A DNA stretch of 64,000 nucleotides from contig JAHDYR010000003.1 in the NCBI GenBank assembly GCA_019828565.1, positions 248,001-312,000 of the forward strand, written 5' to 3'. The notes below the pieces were generated by a model that saw only the letters and a list, made by a program, of their open reading frames with translations, was not told where the DNA came from and searched no databases. Positions 32,601-41,156 of the stretch are shown in pieces. This stretch comes from Carpediemonas membranifera BICM. Taxonomy: Eukaryota; Protista; Fornicata. Numbering within the stretch: position 1 is the first letter of the stretch; each line of letters begins with the position of its first letter. A program made the position numbers and the translations under genes.

Positions 32601-33665
32601 ATTTCAACGGCTGACGCGGCCCTTGCCAGCGGTGAGGTGACTATCTTTACCGGAGTCGAGTCGAGTCAAGTTACTCTGACCCTGCCTGACACGCCGTTTA
32701 TTGACAAAGGAGCGTCTGTGGTCATCACATCCACTCTTCGCCCCGAGAACTCGATCATCGCGCTCAGTGACCCAAACAACTTCTCTGTAGCGGTCAAGGC
32801 GACGTCTACAGGCACTAACATCACACTTACCAACAACGGAGATGTCGCGAACACCCAGGTCGCCGTGTATCAGCTCGAGTCGTCACTCCACAGCACTGGA
32901 GGCCGCGCTACAGCCAGTTTCATCGCCGCATGCCCGCCCCAAGACGGCGTGGTGTTTGACACAGGCATGACTGACGCAGAGCTGCTCGATGTCGGGTCCA
33001 GCACGACCAACGTGGAGCTGCTGCCAACGAACTATCGCCCACCCAGCAAGTACGGTGTTGCTGTCCCAACTACAGACAACATTTATAACGGAGACCCAAG
33101 CACCGGGATGTATCTGACGACTGAGAGCCAGTCAACATCCACTGGTGAGTACAAGCAGTGTGCCGGTGCCTCGGACAGGGCGGGATGCGGATGCACCGAC
33201 GCCCAGACGATCAGCGACAACATCAACTACTCCGACTGCGTTGACCGGGCGTTCCGCTGGTATTACGGCGACCAATTCACACCGTCCTTCATCAGGTACA
33301 CCAACGGCGTGGGGTCGGCCATGACGAGCTCATATTTCCTGAAGGAGCTCAACGGCCGCATCGACTACTGCATTGACCCCGATGGCGATAATGTGTGCTC
33401 ATCCCAGTCCTCACAGGAAGCTTATTTGTTGGACTATGACACTGCCATCAAGTTTGCTGGCGAGGGGTTGTACCACTTTAAGATTTACATACAGGGCGAT
33501 ACATTCTGTAACATGACGTCGTTCATGAAGGTATGGATTTATGAGCCCCCAACCCGCGAGGTGATCAGGTACATGCAATACTCCATCACGGCGTTCATCA
33601 TGGCCACGCTGGTGTTCGGTTCGTATCTCATCAACCTCAAGGTCAACGGCCGCAGGTTCAAGTGA
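29601..33665 (+). CDS. CatSper auxiliary subunit beta-like type I membrane protein with N-terminal PKD domain
   Basis: Signal peptide; PKD motif VDFGDGT..THVY..AGNYT; C-terminal LPTNYRPPS.G.AVP.TDN.YN.DPS..TG.YKQCA....R..C.CT..SDC..LYHF....DTFCN + TM, matching my recollection of CATSPERB. Confidence 0.75.
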   Translation: MRPFLLLLLLAACYCLFISAETTYKSDDELQHFYANEDVTVTMENYILDGNAVYVDFGDGTTVAWSSTEEATHVYSAAGNYTLTIYYCSGTTGTTPVPTCDDVYSPFTRARVEVHERDLCYRLHARAVGNEQASSLAINNGASIAVFIEDPTGALDSATLAKMYQSIGFDPTVEPTNSSVTVTDGAFDEGHGCWNYTVTSSQQAPAVHVELTLRAPGYNHGSCLVGSTVIHLTLINALSFDDFGHLPGTATSRIAQDIVSKGFIPTSLGVATHPCTPAVGIVWMTGGQPDSTDPGYDTTIRGLGTLVWTTMDGFDTVTPIDLARVDELDILTADDLDTSIDNSTSICVSSSIRSCLGMEIYSISFVGGDYSMIALTSEGPVFIQSPIADEAEALHATLTVANFTSMNSDILTTLDGRMSTVPYEYASLRVAPYCPTYGADSTSMVTLVVGGSDEFMMYSAVETRYYAVPTSVSFADLTDDERDEYQVHAQSDIDLSIAHTVVSEPNSWTAVAIPSTLALGEQTILDAVYSVGQQAFFFLTKDSSDERRVLQAYQVEGEDDTTSEQGHWVVSAGFGDHTVVGIELSGPSLLAYGEHVWASWIGDLVFHVQVNFPAGVLVETLVTQQNEPYLATAIDSDGLLYVLRPPMPGVGAVGPTAAGILSYPLCMVGFAAATLTVEMPAAYTGVSGDYPLGILSDVDSLAVNPFKVVSIPYGALLLDITPSSATRGISWVPDILPASYHDVMWTPMNITSGLQAEVDLDFTIAYTLTAGEWSSTIIGVDGRFVETSHDFDAPVAATTHPALLADLAPTFTSATGDTWPAMGDAAVLTLDISALAAADQVGWTGNCVGMTVHFKTAGAIIVTEIVSQTVANGVIVFPGQLSRVLGTTVEPGRWTLFAGNVPSNVAALSLGQALTVSAPAGSPPVQTLTLSGDPLSTFTWDDADVGYIVEIDGERAIITAIGSSTVATTLQTGATALTAGAYTLTDSLTVSPPADSVRPHISTADAALASGEVTIFTGVESSQVTLTLPDTPFIDKGASVVITSTLRPENSIIALSDPNNFSVAVKATSTGTNITLTNNGDVANTQVAVYQLESSLHSTGGRATASFIAACPPQDGVVFDTGMTDAELLDVGSSTTNVELLPTNYRPPSKYGVAVPTTDNIYNGDPSTGMYLTTESQSTSTGEYKQCAGASDRAGCGCTDAQTISDNINYSDCVDRAFRWYYGDQFTPSFIRYTNGVGSAMTSSYFLKELNGRIDYCIDPDGDNVCSSQSSQEAYLLDYDTAIKFAGEGLYHFKIYIQGDTFCNMTSFMKVWIYEPPTREVIRYMQYSITAFIMATLVFGSYLINLKVNGRRFK

Positions 33666-33863
33666 GGAGTATTGGTGATAACGGTTTCTTTAAATTCATG
33701 GAGGTGGATGTGACATGGCGGTGGGGAGGGTGACAAGGGACGCTACTTCGCCCTACAGCACAGCTGGTTACACTCACTCCATAGTATTTCCATTGACGTC
33801 CAGCGACATTCTGCGAGCATGCGACATGCTGCTTTATGTTAAGAAAGTCCTGGCACTAGCACA

Positions 33864-34220
33864 TCAGGGCTCGACCTCCTGGTCAGCTGGCTCCACCGCC
33901 TCTTCGCCATCGGCTGCCTCTTCCTCTTCTGGCTCCTCGGGTTCGTCGGGGGCGTCAAATGGTGTGATGTCTGGCGCTTCAAAGTCATCGTCATCGCCCT
34001 TTGCCACCGTGAGGATGATCTCAGCGTCATCCTCGATAGCGAACTCCTCCAACGCCCTGTTGTCGATCAGCACAACATTCTGATAGAGCAGCCTTTGTCT
34101 ACCAGCGGGAATTTGGATTATTGCGGCAAGCTGAACCTTCACTGAGCGAACAGTATCAGTGGGATTCACGAGAAGAAACACCTCAAGCTTCTTTCTCCTG
34201 ATTCGGATGCAATGACTCAT
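33864..34220 (-). CDS. Elongin B-like ubiquitin-fold protein
   Basis: IRIRRKKLEVF..TV..VK.....I...P..QRL..; DDDFEAPDITPF resembles Elongin B DDTFEALCIEPF. Confidence 0.7.
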   Translation of the reverse strand: MSHCIRIRRKKLEVFLLVNPTDTVRSVKVQLAAIIQIPAGRQRLLYQNVVLIDNRALEEFAIEDDAEIILTVAKGDDDDFEAPDITPFDAPDEPEEPEEEEAADGEEAVEPADQEVEP

Positions 34221-35009
34221 AAGTTTGGTGGTGATGGCAAAACTGCGTTTTGTCCCGCCGATACGGCGGAAAAGGCTGGCAGCGCGAACAGCACTACCAT
34301 GGAGCCTGCATCTCTCGTGTCTGGCCCTTTTTCTCACTTGCCGCCATGTGCCAATGTGTGAAGAGGCCACTTGTCCCCACTCAAACTTACTGAGGCGCGC
34401 ATGGTAGGGCGTGAGGCGTGTTGAGGTCTTTGATGGTGATATGTGTGGCTATGTATCGATATAATTCTTGGACAGAGTACAACCATCCGTCTAATCGAAG
34501 AGAAATGGACCTCTTTAACACGCCAGACATCACCAACGATGATACGATCGATGTTTCCTGCTCTATGACCATCGATAGTTGTGGGGGCCGCAAGTGTGCC
34601 CGCGGTCTTGTTAAGCCACAGGCTGGCAAGATGTAGGGAGCTTTCTAATGGCGCCACAGCTGTTCTATCTGCTTTGGAGGAAACAGTGTAAACAATGGGA
34701 CGATTTGGACAGCCGTTGAGGCGTGCGCCGATTCATATATTCATGGATCTCTTGCATCCTGGATGTGAGAACCAAATATTCGCATGATGACGACGCGAGC
34801 ACATAGTATGGACCATAACAGTCGGCTTCTCCTTCACTTTCGCCGCCCCAGCCCCATTGATCCTCATCCCGCAGTTTAAGCCGCCACCGATGTGGTATTT
34901 AGAGGGTTTATGTGGAGGATTCATGTAAAGGTGACTTAGGCAGTCGACCCCCCTGGGATGAACTCCAGAGGACTGAACAGGTTCAGTCTGACGGCCCACC
35001 TGTCTTCTA

Positions 35010-35039
35010 GACTCAACAATTCTTATCATGCGCAGCACA
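35010..35039 (+). repeat. 30-nt direct repeat of the omegaRNA 3' terminus, upstream of the Fanzor ORF
   Basis: gactcaacaattcttatcatgcgcagcaca vs gactcaacaattctaatcctgcgcagcaca (15819 copy): 28/30 identical. Confidence 0.85.
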
Positions 35040-35361
35040 CTACCTCCACTCACCCACTTCAGCCCTCGTCTGTACAATCTGGCTTTCGTGCTTTCAGTCG
35101 TCGGTCTGCACGAAAAGATGCGTCGTCCATCGTCTGTGTCGAACGCTGCTGTCTTCTTTCGCGTCTGTGCTCGTCTGTTACGCGCTCATCTGTCGTCCAT
35201 TGCCGGCGTCTGAAGCTCATGACGTCGTCGTCGTCTGTTGTGAGAGACACTAGTGGTGGAAAGCGGTTGTAACTAGTAGTAAAGACGCTTTGTGTTGTAT
35301 GATGCTGGTTTCTTGTTTTGAGGGATGCTGCTAGCTGATGAACCCTGAAAAGAAATGATCG

Positions 35362-37283
35362 ATGCAGGCAGCTCAATATACTCCAATGCCTTCCAAGATA
35401 TACACGGTGAAGGCTTCCGTTAACAAGGCCATTGGCGAGATTAACGGTGGAGGCGATAACAACGCGCCGCGGCGAGGAAATCTTGAACCGGGCATGCGTT
35501 CTTTCACGCAGGCTAAGTACACATTCACTTGCCTGCTTGCGTGCGTCTCTGCATCTGCGCACGCGTTGACCCCACCGAGGACAGTCAACCTGTTCGACCA
35601 GGTCCTCGCGCAGATCGTCAGCATTGCTCAGCAAAAGGTGTCGAAGGCAAAGGCAGCGGATCGGTGCAGGTGGATTGGCGACCTGGCGATGTGGAGGGAC
35701 CCTGACATAACCCCACTCGTCCGGGACCTCGTCACGGCTTATAGCTACCTTGGCTTGTGCAAGCCATTTGACACCTGGTTGGGCGAGTACTCCACAGCAA
35801 CCCGGGTCTGGCTCTCGCGCGCGTCACCCGGGTACCTGACTCGTCTTCGTGCTGGATTAGAACGAGTGCGTCCGCTCCTCCATGATCAGCCGGGTGTTCG
35901 ACAGGATTTTCTCGACACCCTAGGCGAGCTCGACACTGAGGTTGCCGCAATATCCGCCGATCATGGCAGGTATCATCCTCAAATGCATCGCCCGAGGGGC
36001 AACGGGTGGGTCGCACTGGTACCGTGGCCGAGGCCCTTGTCGGCGTGCTGTCGTGCGTCACGCGCATGAGTGCTGCAGTGACCAAGCTGGTCACACTCAC
36101 TCGTGCCGTGAACCTCGAGCTCAGCCAGGCCCTGCCAGAGCCGAAGCTCATTCCGTTCGTGCCGATGGCGCCGGTCAGGCCTGGGTTCATGACCCTCGAG
36201 CGCGGAGTAACAGCGCTCACCCCCGCGATGAAGAGGCGCCTGCGTGTGCACGTGAATTGGTCAGCAACCAAGAATTTGACCGACGAGCAGGTTGATAGAT
36301 ACGAGCGTGATCACGGCGACATCACCAAGCTCCGCAGAGTGCTCTCTGTGAAGACAGACGGGGTCTCTGTTGCTGTGACGGTTTGGGTGGGTCGCGAGAA
36401 ATACCGTGGCGGACGGGTGGCTGACCGGCCCACGTACAAAAAGGGTAGCAGCAACAAGCGGGCTCGGCTCGGTCAGGATGACGCCGAGGCTACTCCTGCC
36501 CCGGACATTCAAGCTCTCATGGGCTTCGACCCTGGTGCTCGGTCGCTGGGCGGCTACACGATCCGCCGCCCAGACGGGCAGAGTGTATCTGGCGTACTCG
36601 CTAAGTGTGGCTACACTGTCACCCCCTCTTTCCGCGTGAATATGAGCGCAGCATCGTTCAAAACGACAAGTCTAGAGGCTCTCAAACAGTCGATTAGGTT
36701 TGTCCATGAGAACATCGTTCAGATCATCAACGAGGGGACGAGAAAGTGTTTCCGCCGGGCGACTTTTGCCAATCACTGTCTGCGCCTGAAGCACTTCGCC
36801 CGGGCTGGACGTCAACTCCTGGATGATCTCGGCGGGCGCCCCCAGGAGCCCATTCACCTCGAAGTCGCGTATGGGGCTGCACTGTTCGGTTCCGCCGGCA
36901 CTCCCTCCTGTGCTCCGTACCGCCACTTTGCTCGAGCTCTCCCTGGCATAATGCTCCGGCACAACGTCGTCGTGACTGTCACGATGGTCTCCGAATTCCG
37001 CACTTCCATCGTGTGCCCATACTGCAAAGCACACTTCAGACGTGTGGTGCACACACACCGCACCATGCTCTGCCAGAATCCCGCGTGCGAGGGAGCTCCA
37101 TGGCGCGTTGAACGGCTACGTCGGCATCCCGAGCAGAGAGACATACTTCTCAATCTCTCTCACCGAGATAAGAGCGCCAGCGAGAACATCCTTTGGTGCA
37201 CCTTCGATGCAACTTCAGATCAGATAGAGCAATCTCCTTTCCACTACGACTCCCAGAGAGGTGCTCTTCCTCACTATCATTAA
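35362..37283 (+). CDS. Fanzor1 (eukaryotic TnpB-family RNA-guided endonuclease), ~630-640 aa, with one frame break at ~35940-36069
   Basis: N-terminal YTVKASV; KTDGVSVAV; RuvC-I MGFDPG (D at 36528); SFKTTS; VAYGAALF; RuvC-II VSEFRTS (E at 36993); Zn finger CPYC..CQNPAC; RuvC-III HRDKSASENI (D at 37167). Confidence 0.85.
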
Positions 37284-37427
37284 CTTGCTAAGTTGAGCAA
37301 GCACGCGCTGCAGCGCGCGTGATATGCTGCGCACGATTGATAGAGTATGATGAACCACACTGCGATCCTGATGCTGCTTGGATCACTGTGTGTTTTGGAC
37401 TCAACATTCTAATCCTGCGCAGCACAA
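37216..37427 (+). ncRNA. Putative Fanzor omegaRNA scaffold overlapping the ORF 3' end; guide predicted from ~37428
   Basis: Conserved in a second copy; hairpins cttgct/agcaag (37284-37301), cacgcgc/gcgcgtg (37302-37321), and a long stem tgctgcgca(37325)/tgcgcagca(37416) enclosing gagt/actc, cacac/gtgtg, gatcc/ggatc. Confidence 0.75.
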
Positions 37428-37437
37428 CCGACAGGAA

Positions 37438-37851
37438 ATGGTGCTTCCTCGCAACTTCAGACTTCTTGAAGAGTTGGAAAGGTCTGAAAAGGGCATGATT
37501 GATGACTTGATTTCCTTTGGGCTCAATGAGGACGATCCCGAGGACAGAACACTTAGCCGATGGAATGCAACCATTATTGGAGCCGAAAGAACTCAATTCT
37601 TCAACAGAATTTACAACCTTTCGCTCTTCTGCGGTGCCAAGTATCCTTCCGAGCCCCCACAAGTCCGCTTCTTGTCCTGCATCAATGCATTCTTCGTCAA
37701 TGAGTCCGGCCTGGTACTCCCCGACGCTCTCCCGATCCTGAAGAACTGGAGGCCCGAGTCAACGATGGAGGACATACTGAAGGCTATTGCTGCGGCCATG
37801 GCGACTGCCCCGAGGAAGCCCCAGCCCGTCGAGGGAAGCTGCTACCAGTAG
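37438..37851 (+). CDS. MMS2: Ubiquitin-conjugating enzyme variant MMS2/UEV1
   Basis: MVLPRNFRLLEELE..EKG, W..TIIG, NRIYNL...CG..YP..PP.VRF. Confidence 0.9.
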   Translation: MVLPRNFRLLEELERSEKGMIDDLISFGLNEDDPEDRTLSRWNATIIGAERTQFFNRIYNLSLFCGAKYPSEPPQVRFLSCINAFFVNESGLVLPDALPILKNWRPESTMEDILKAIAAAMATAPRKPQPVEGSCYQ

Positions 37852-38439
37852 GGTGCGGGTGGATGTATTGTTAGTAGCGCCGGTGGATCCAATAAACAGC
37901 AGTGTTTACAGGTTGTCGAGCCTTGTTTGTCGTTGTCGACTTCAGGGTGATGGATACAGTTGTCGGGAGTTGGAGGACGCCCGCTATGCAGCTATCATGG
38001 GTTGATGTTGTTACTCAAGAAGAACGGTGCCGATTGCACAGACAGACTGTGTGAGGTATTAAAGACATGCTCAGTGAAAGGAAGGTCATCAGTTAAAGGA
38101 TTAAAAATTGTATTGATTGTTCAGACGGCTCTTCCAAGTATCATCAAGGCATGCATTGGCGACTTACTGGTCTGTGAGGGAAAGGGAGGTGAAGAGAACG
38201 AGGAAGTGAGAGCAGAAGCAGCTGTGACCACGATCAAGGCGGAAACGGAATCAAGGGCAATATTAATTACCAAATAGACCGTCTACTATGCTGGCATGGC
38301 AGCCATTACCCGGTTCATGGAAAACTGTCCATTGTCTCACTCGATTTCGACACCACTTGTGTCGAATTAATCAAATGATCACGAACCATTAATTACATAT
38401 CATTCCAGAAGAACACATCTCCCCATAACAGTTTAGTAC

Positions 38440-38997
38440 TTAGTTGAGGATCTCATAGCAAGTCGACTCGCCGTGGAAGTAGGAGTTGAAAGCAGAGAGG
38501 TTGCTCTTCCAGCAGAAGCACTCCCGGGAAGAAGAGTTGGAGATCACGGAGGAGCAGCCGTGAGCGATGCAGAAGCCGATGTGGACCTCGCCGTGGGCGA
38601 CGATGATGGAGCCAGCGTCGGCGCTGGAGCAGGAAACGCGGCGGCCTCTGCCGGCGTTCAGAGCCTGAACAACGGAGGGAACGTAGTTAACGTTGGAGCC
38701 GATGGTGCGGATGCCAGCGTGCTTAAGGACGCGGTTGACCCTATGTTAGTTCGAGAAAAGCTGCTTTGAGCGGAAGACGAACATGCAGGCGCAGCCCTCG
38801 ACGCCGTGATCCTATGTGAGATGAGTAGATTAGAACAAACGGGGCCTGTGTGATGAACATTGGACGAATAAGAACAAACAAGTGACGCTGGACTGACCGA
38901 TCATCTCCTTAGCAGCCTTAGCAGCACGGGCATCAAGGTTGGCGGAGACAACGGAAACAAGGAGGAGAACGAGGATAGCAAAGACAGCAACCTTCAT
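38440..38997 (-). CDS. Secreted NlpC/P60-like (Cys-His) putative peptidoglycan hydrolase, 150 aa, 4 exons (38880-38997, 38841-38845, 38783-38811, 38440-38740)
   Basis: Three GT-AG introns (34, 29, 42 nt) with host-type ends give an uninterrupted 453-nt CDS: signal peptide...GCACMVNRVLKHAG...ADAGSIIVAHGEVHIGF..SNSSS. Confidence 0.8.
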
Positions 38998-39670
38998 GTT
39001 CGTCGATGGAGAAATTGTGGGTGTTAGAAGTCTGATTTGGTCAAAGTAACAGCGAGCTTCCATGATATCATTCGGATCAGACGGGATGCGGACTCAGCTA
39101 CATAAAAATAGTCCCACAAAGCGATTGAAGCGTCTGTTTCGCGTTGGCTGGCAGCCAGATTACTGAGAAGTGATGTACAGTGTCTGGCAGGGATTTGTAT
39201 CGCAGATTCGGGGTTGGTGACCGGGCAAAGTTGACCCGATTGTGGCACAAAGTGTGCTGCAGTGTACGATTATACCGCAACTTGAGAATGAAAATCTTTG
39301 GATCCTCTTGATCTTCTGATCATCAGCGTATCTCGAAAAAAAGAAAACTGACAAAAGAAGCTCGAGGGGAAGAAACGAGAAAATCGGAAGGTATACACTA
39401 ACAATACGATACATAGCGTCTCATATTGGTCCACGTGCCACTCAAACCTAACTGTGCAGAAAAACGTTGCGCGAAAAGTTTGCGGCGACTCCAGCTCGAG
39501 TCAGATTCTTTGAATAACCCGTATGTTGGCCGTCGTTGCATTAGAGTGAGTGTGGATCAAGCAGATGCTTCTTCATACTACAAAGTACTAGTGGTTCTCT
39601 TTTGAACGTGAAAGATAATCACTTTTTGCGCCTCACTCTGAAGCCGAGAATTTCCACCCTAACACAGACA

Positions 39671-41011
39671 ATGAGAGAGATCGTCCACATTCAGGCTGGT
39701 CAGTGCGGTAACCAGATTGGTGCCAAGTTCTGGGAGGTTGTATCCGACGAGCACGGCATCGACCCCGCTGGCAAGTACAACGGTGACTCCGAGCTCCAGA
39801 TCGAGCGCATCAACGTCTATTACAACGAGGCTACCGGCGGCCGCTACGTCCCCCGCGCTGTTCTTGTTGACCTCGAGCCCGGCACCATGGACTCTGTCCG
39901 CGCTGGTCCCTTTGGTCAGCTCTTCCGCCCCGACAACTTCGTTTTCGGCCAGAGCGGTGCTGGCAATAACTGGGCCAAGGGCCACTACACCGAGGGTGCT
40001 GAGCTTGTCGACGCCGTCCTCGATGTTGTCCGCAAGGAGGCTGAGGGCTGCGACGCCCTTCAGGGCTTCCAGATGACCCACTCCCTTGGCGGTGGCACCG
40101 GTGCCGGCCTCGGCACTCTTCTGATCGCTAAGATCCGTGAGGAGTACCCCGATCGTATGCTCACCACCTTCTCTGTCGTGCCTTCCCCTAAGGTTTCCGA
40201 CACTGTTGTCGAGCCCTACAACGCTACTCTCTCCGTTCACCAGCTCGTTGAGAACTCCGATGAGGTCTTCTGCATCGATAACGAGGCCCTGTACGACATT
40301 TGCTTCCGTACCCTCAAGCTCACCACCCCCACCTACGGTGACCTCAACCACCTCGTCTCCCTCGTCATGTCCGGCGTCACCTGCTGCCTCCGCTTCCCTG
40401 GCCAGCTCAACTCTGACCTCCGTAAGCTCGCTGTCAACCTGGTCCCCTTCCCCCGTCTCCACTTCTTCCTCGTTGGCTTCGCTCCCCTGACCTCCCGCGG
40501 CTCCCAGCAGTACCGCGCCCTCTCTGTCCCCGAGCTTGTCTCCCAGATGTTCGATGCCAAGAACATGATGGCTGCCTCCGACCCCCGTCACGGCCGCTAC
40601 CTCACCGCCTCTGCTCTCTTCCGTGGCCGCATGTCCACCAAGGAGGTTGATGAGATGATGCTCAACATCCAGAACAAGAACTCTTCCTACTTCGTTGAGT
40701 GGATCCCCAACAACGTGAAGGCTTCCGTCTGTGACATCCCTCCCAAGGGCCTCAAGATGTCCGCCACCTTCATCGGCAACTCCACCGCCATCCAGGAGCT
40801 CTTCAAGCGCGTCTCTGAGCAGTTCACTGCTATGTTCCGTCGCAAGGCCTTCCTTCACTGGTACACTGGTGAGGGCATGGACGAGATGGAATTCACTGAG
40901 GCCGAGTCCAACATGAACGATCTCGTTTCCGAGTACCAGCAGTACCAGGAGGCCACCGCCGAGGAGGAGGGTGAGTTCGACGAGGAGGAGGAGGAGTACG
41001 CTGACATGTAA
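39671..41011 (+). CDS. TUBB: Beta-tubulin
   Basis: [24 protein letters not shown], acidic tail; [22 protein letters not shown] are Giardia-like. Confidence 0.99.
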   Translation: MREIVHIQAGQCGNQIGAKFWEVVSDEHGIDPAGKYNGDSELQIERINVYYNEATGGRYVPRAVLVDLEPGTMDSVRAGPFGQLFRPDNFVFGQSGAGNNWAKGHYTEGAELVDAVLDVVRKEAEGCDALQGFQMTHSLGGGTGAGLGTLLIAKIREEYPDRMLTTFSVVPSPKVSDTVVEPYNATLSVHQLVENSDEVFCIDNEALYDICFRTLKLTTPTYGDLNHLVSLVMSGVTCCLRFPGQLNSDLRKLAVNLVPFPRLHFFLVGFAPLTSRGSQQYRALSVPELVSQMFDAKNMMAASDPRHGRYLTASALFRGRMSTKEVDEMMLNIQNKNSSYFVEWIPNNVKASVCDIPPKGLKMSATFIGNSTAIQELFKRVSEQFTAMFRRKAFLHWYTGEGMDEMEFTEAESNMNDLVSEYQQYQEATAEEEGEFDEEEEEYADM

Positions 41012-41156
41012 GCATGTAACTTTCCCACTCTCCATAAATGCAATGCTAATCATGTGGTTTATCCGACGCGTTAAGTCTCACAGACCGAGCCCTTTCCTAA
41101 TGAACACTCTAATTCGCCAACCACACAACCCCAAGTCAACCCAAAACCGCTGATGT

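Larger units (their letters stand above)
35010..37427 (+). mobile_element. Putative non-autonomous Fanzor-carrying element (left end uncertain; no transposase seen)
   Basis: Right end defined by divergence from the second copy after ...gcgcagcacaa; left bracket is the 30-nt repeat. Confidence 0.55.

Noticed and set aside
35335-35356. CTGATGA...GAAA hammerhead-like core upstream of Fanzor
   Set aside because: No stem II or convincing stems I/III; the bases pair better in a simple aggg/ccct hairpin
15819-37427. CRISPR-like array interpretation of the three omegaRNA-end repeats
   Set aside because: Copies are dispersed, of unequal length and not regularly spaced
39659-41053. Long antisense ORFs over beta-tubulin (also over ASNS, Rh, CCT7, MACPF, PKA)
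   Set aside because: Expected shadows of strong C/G-ending codon bias; no recognisable protein
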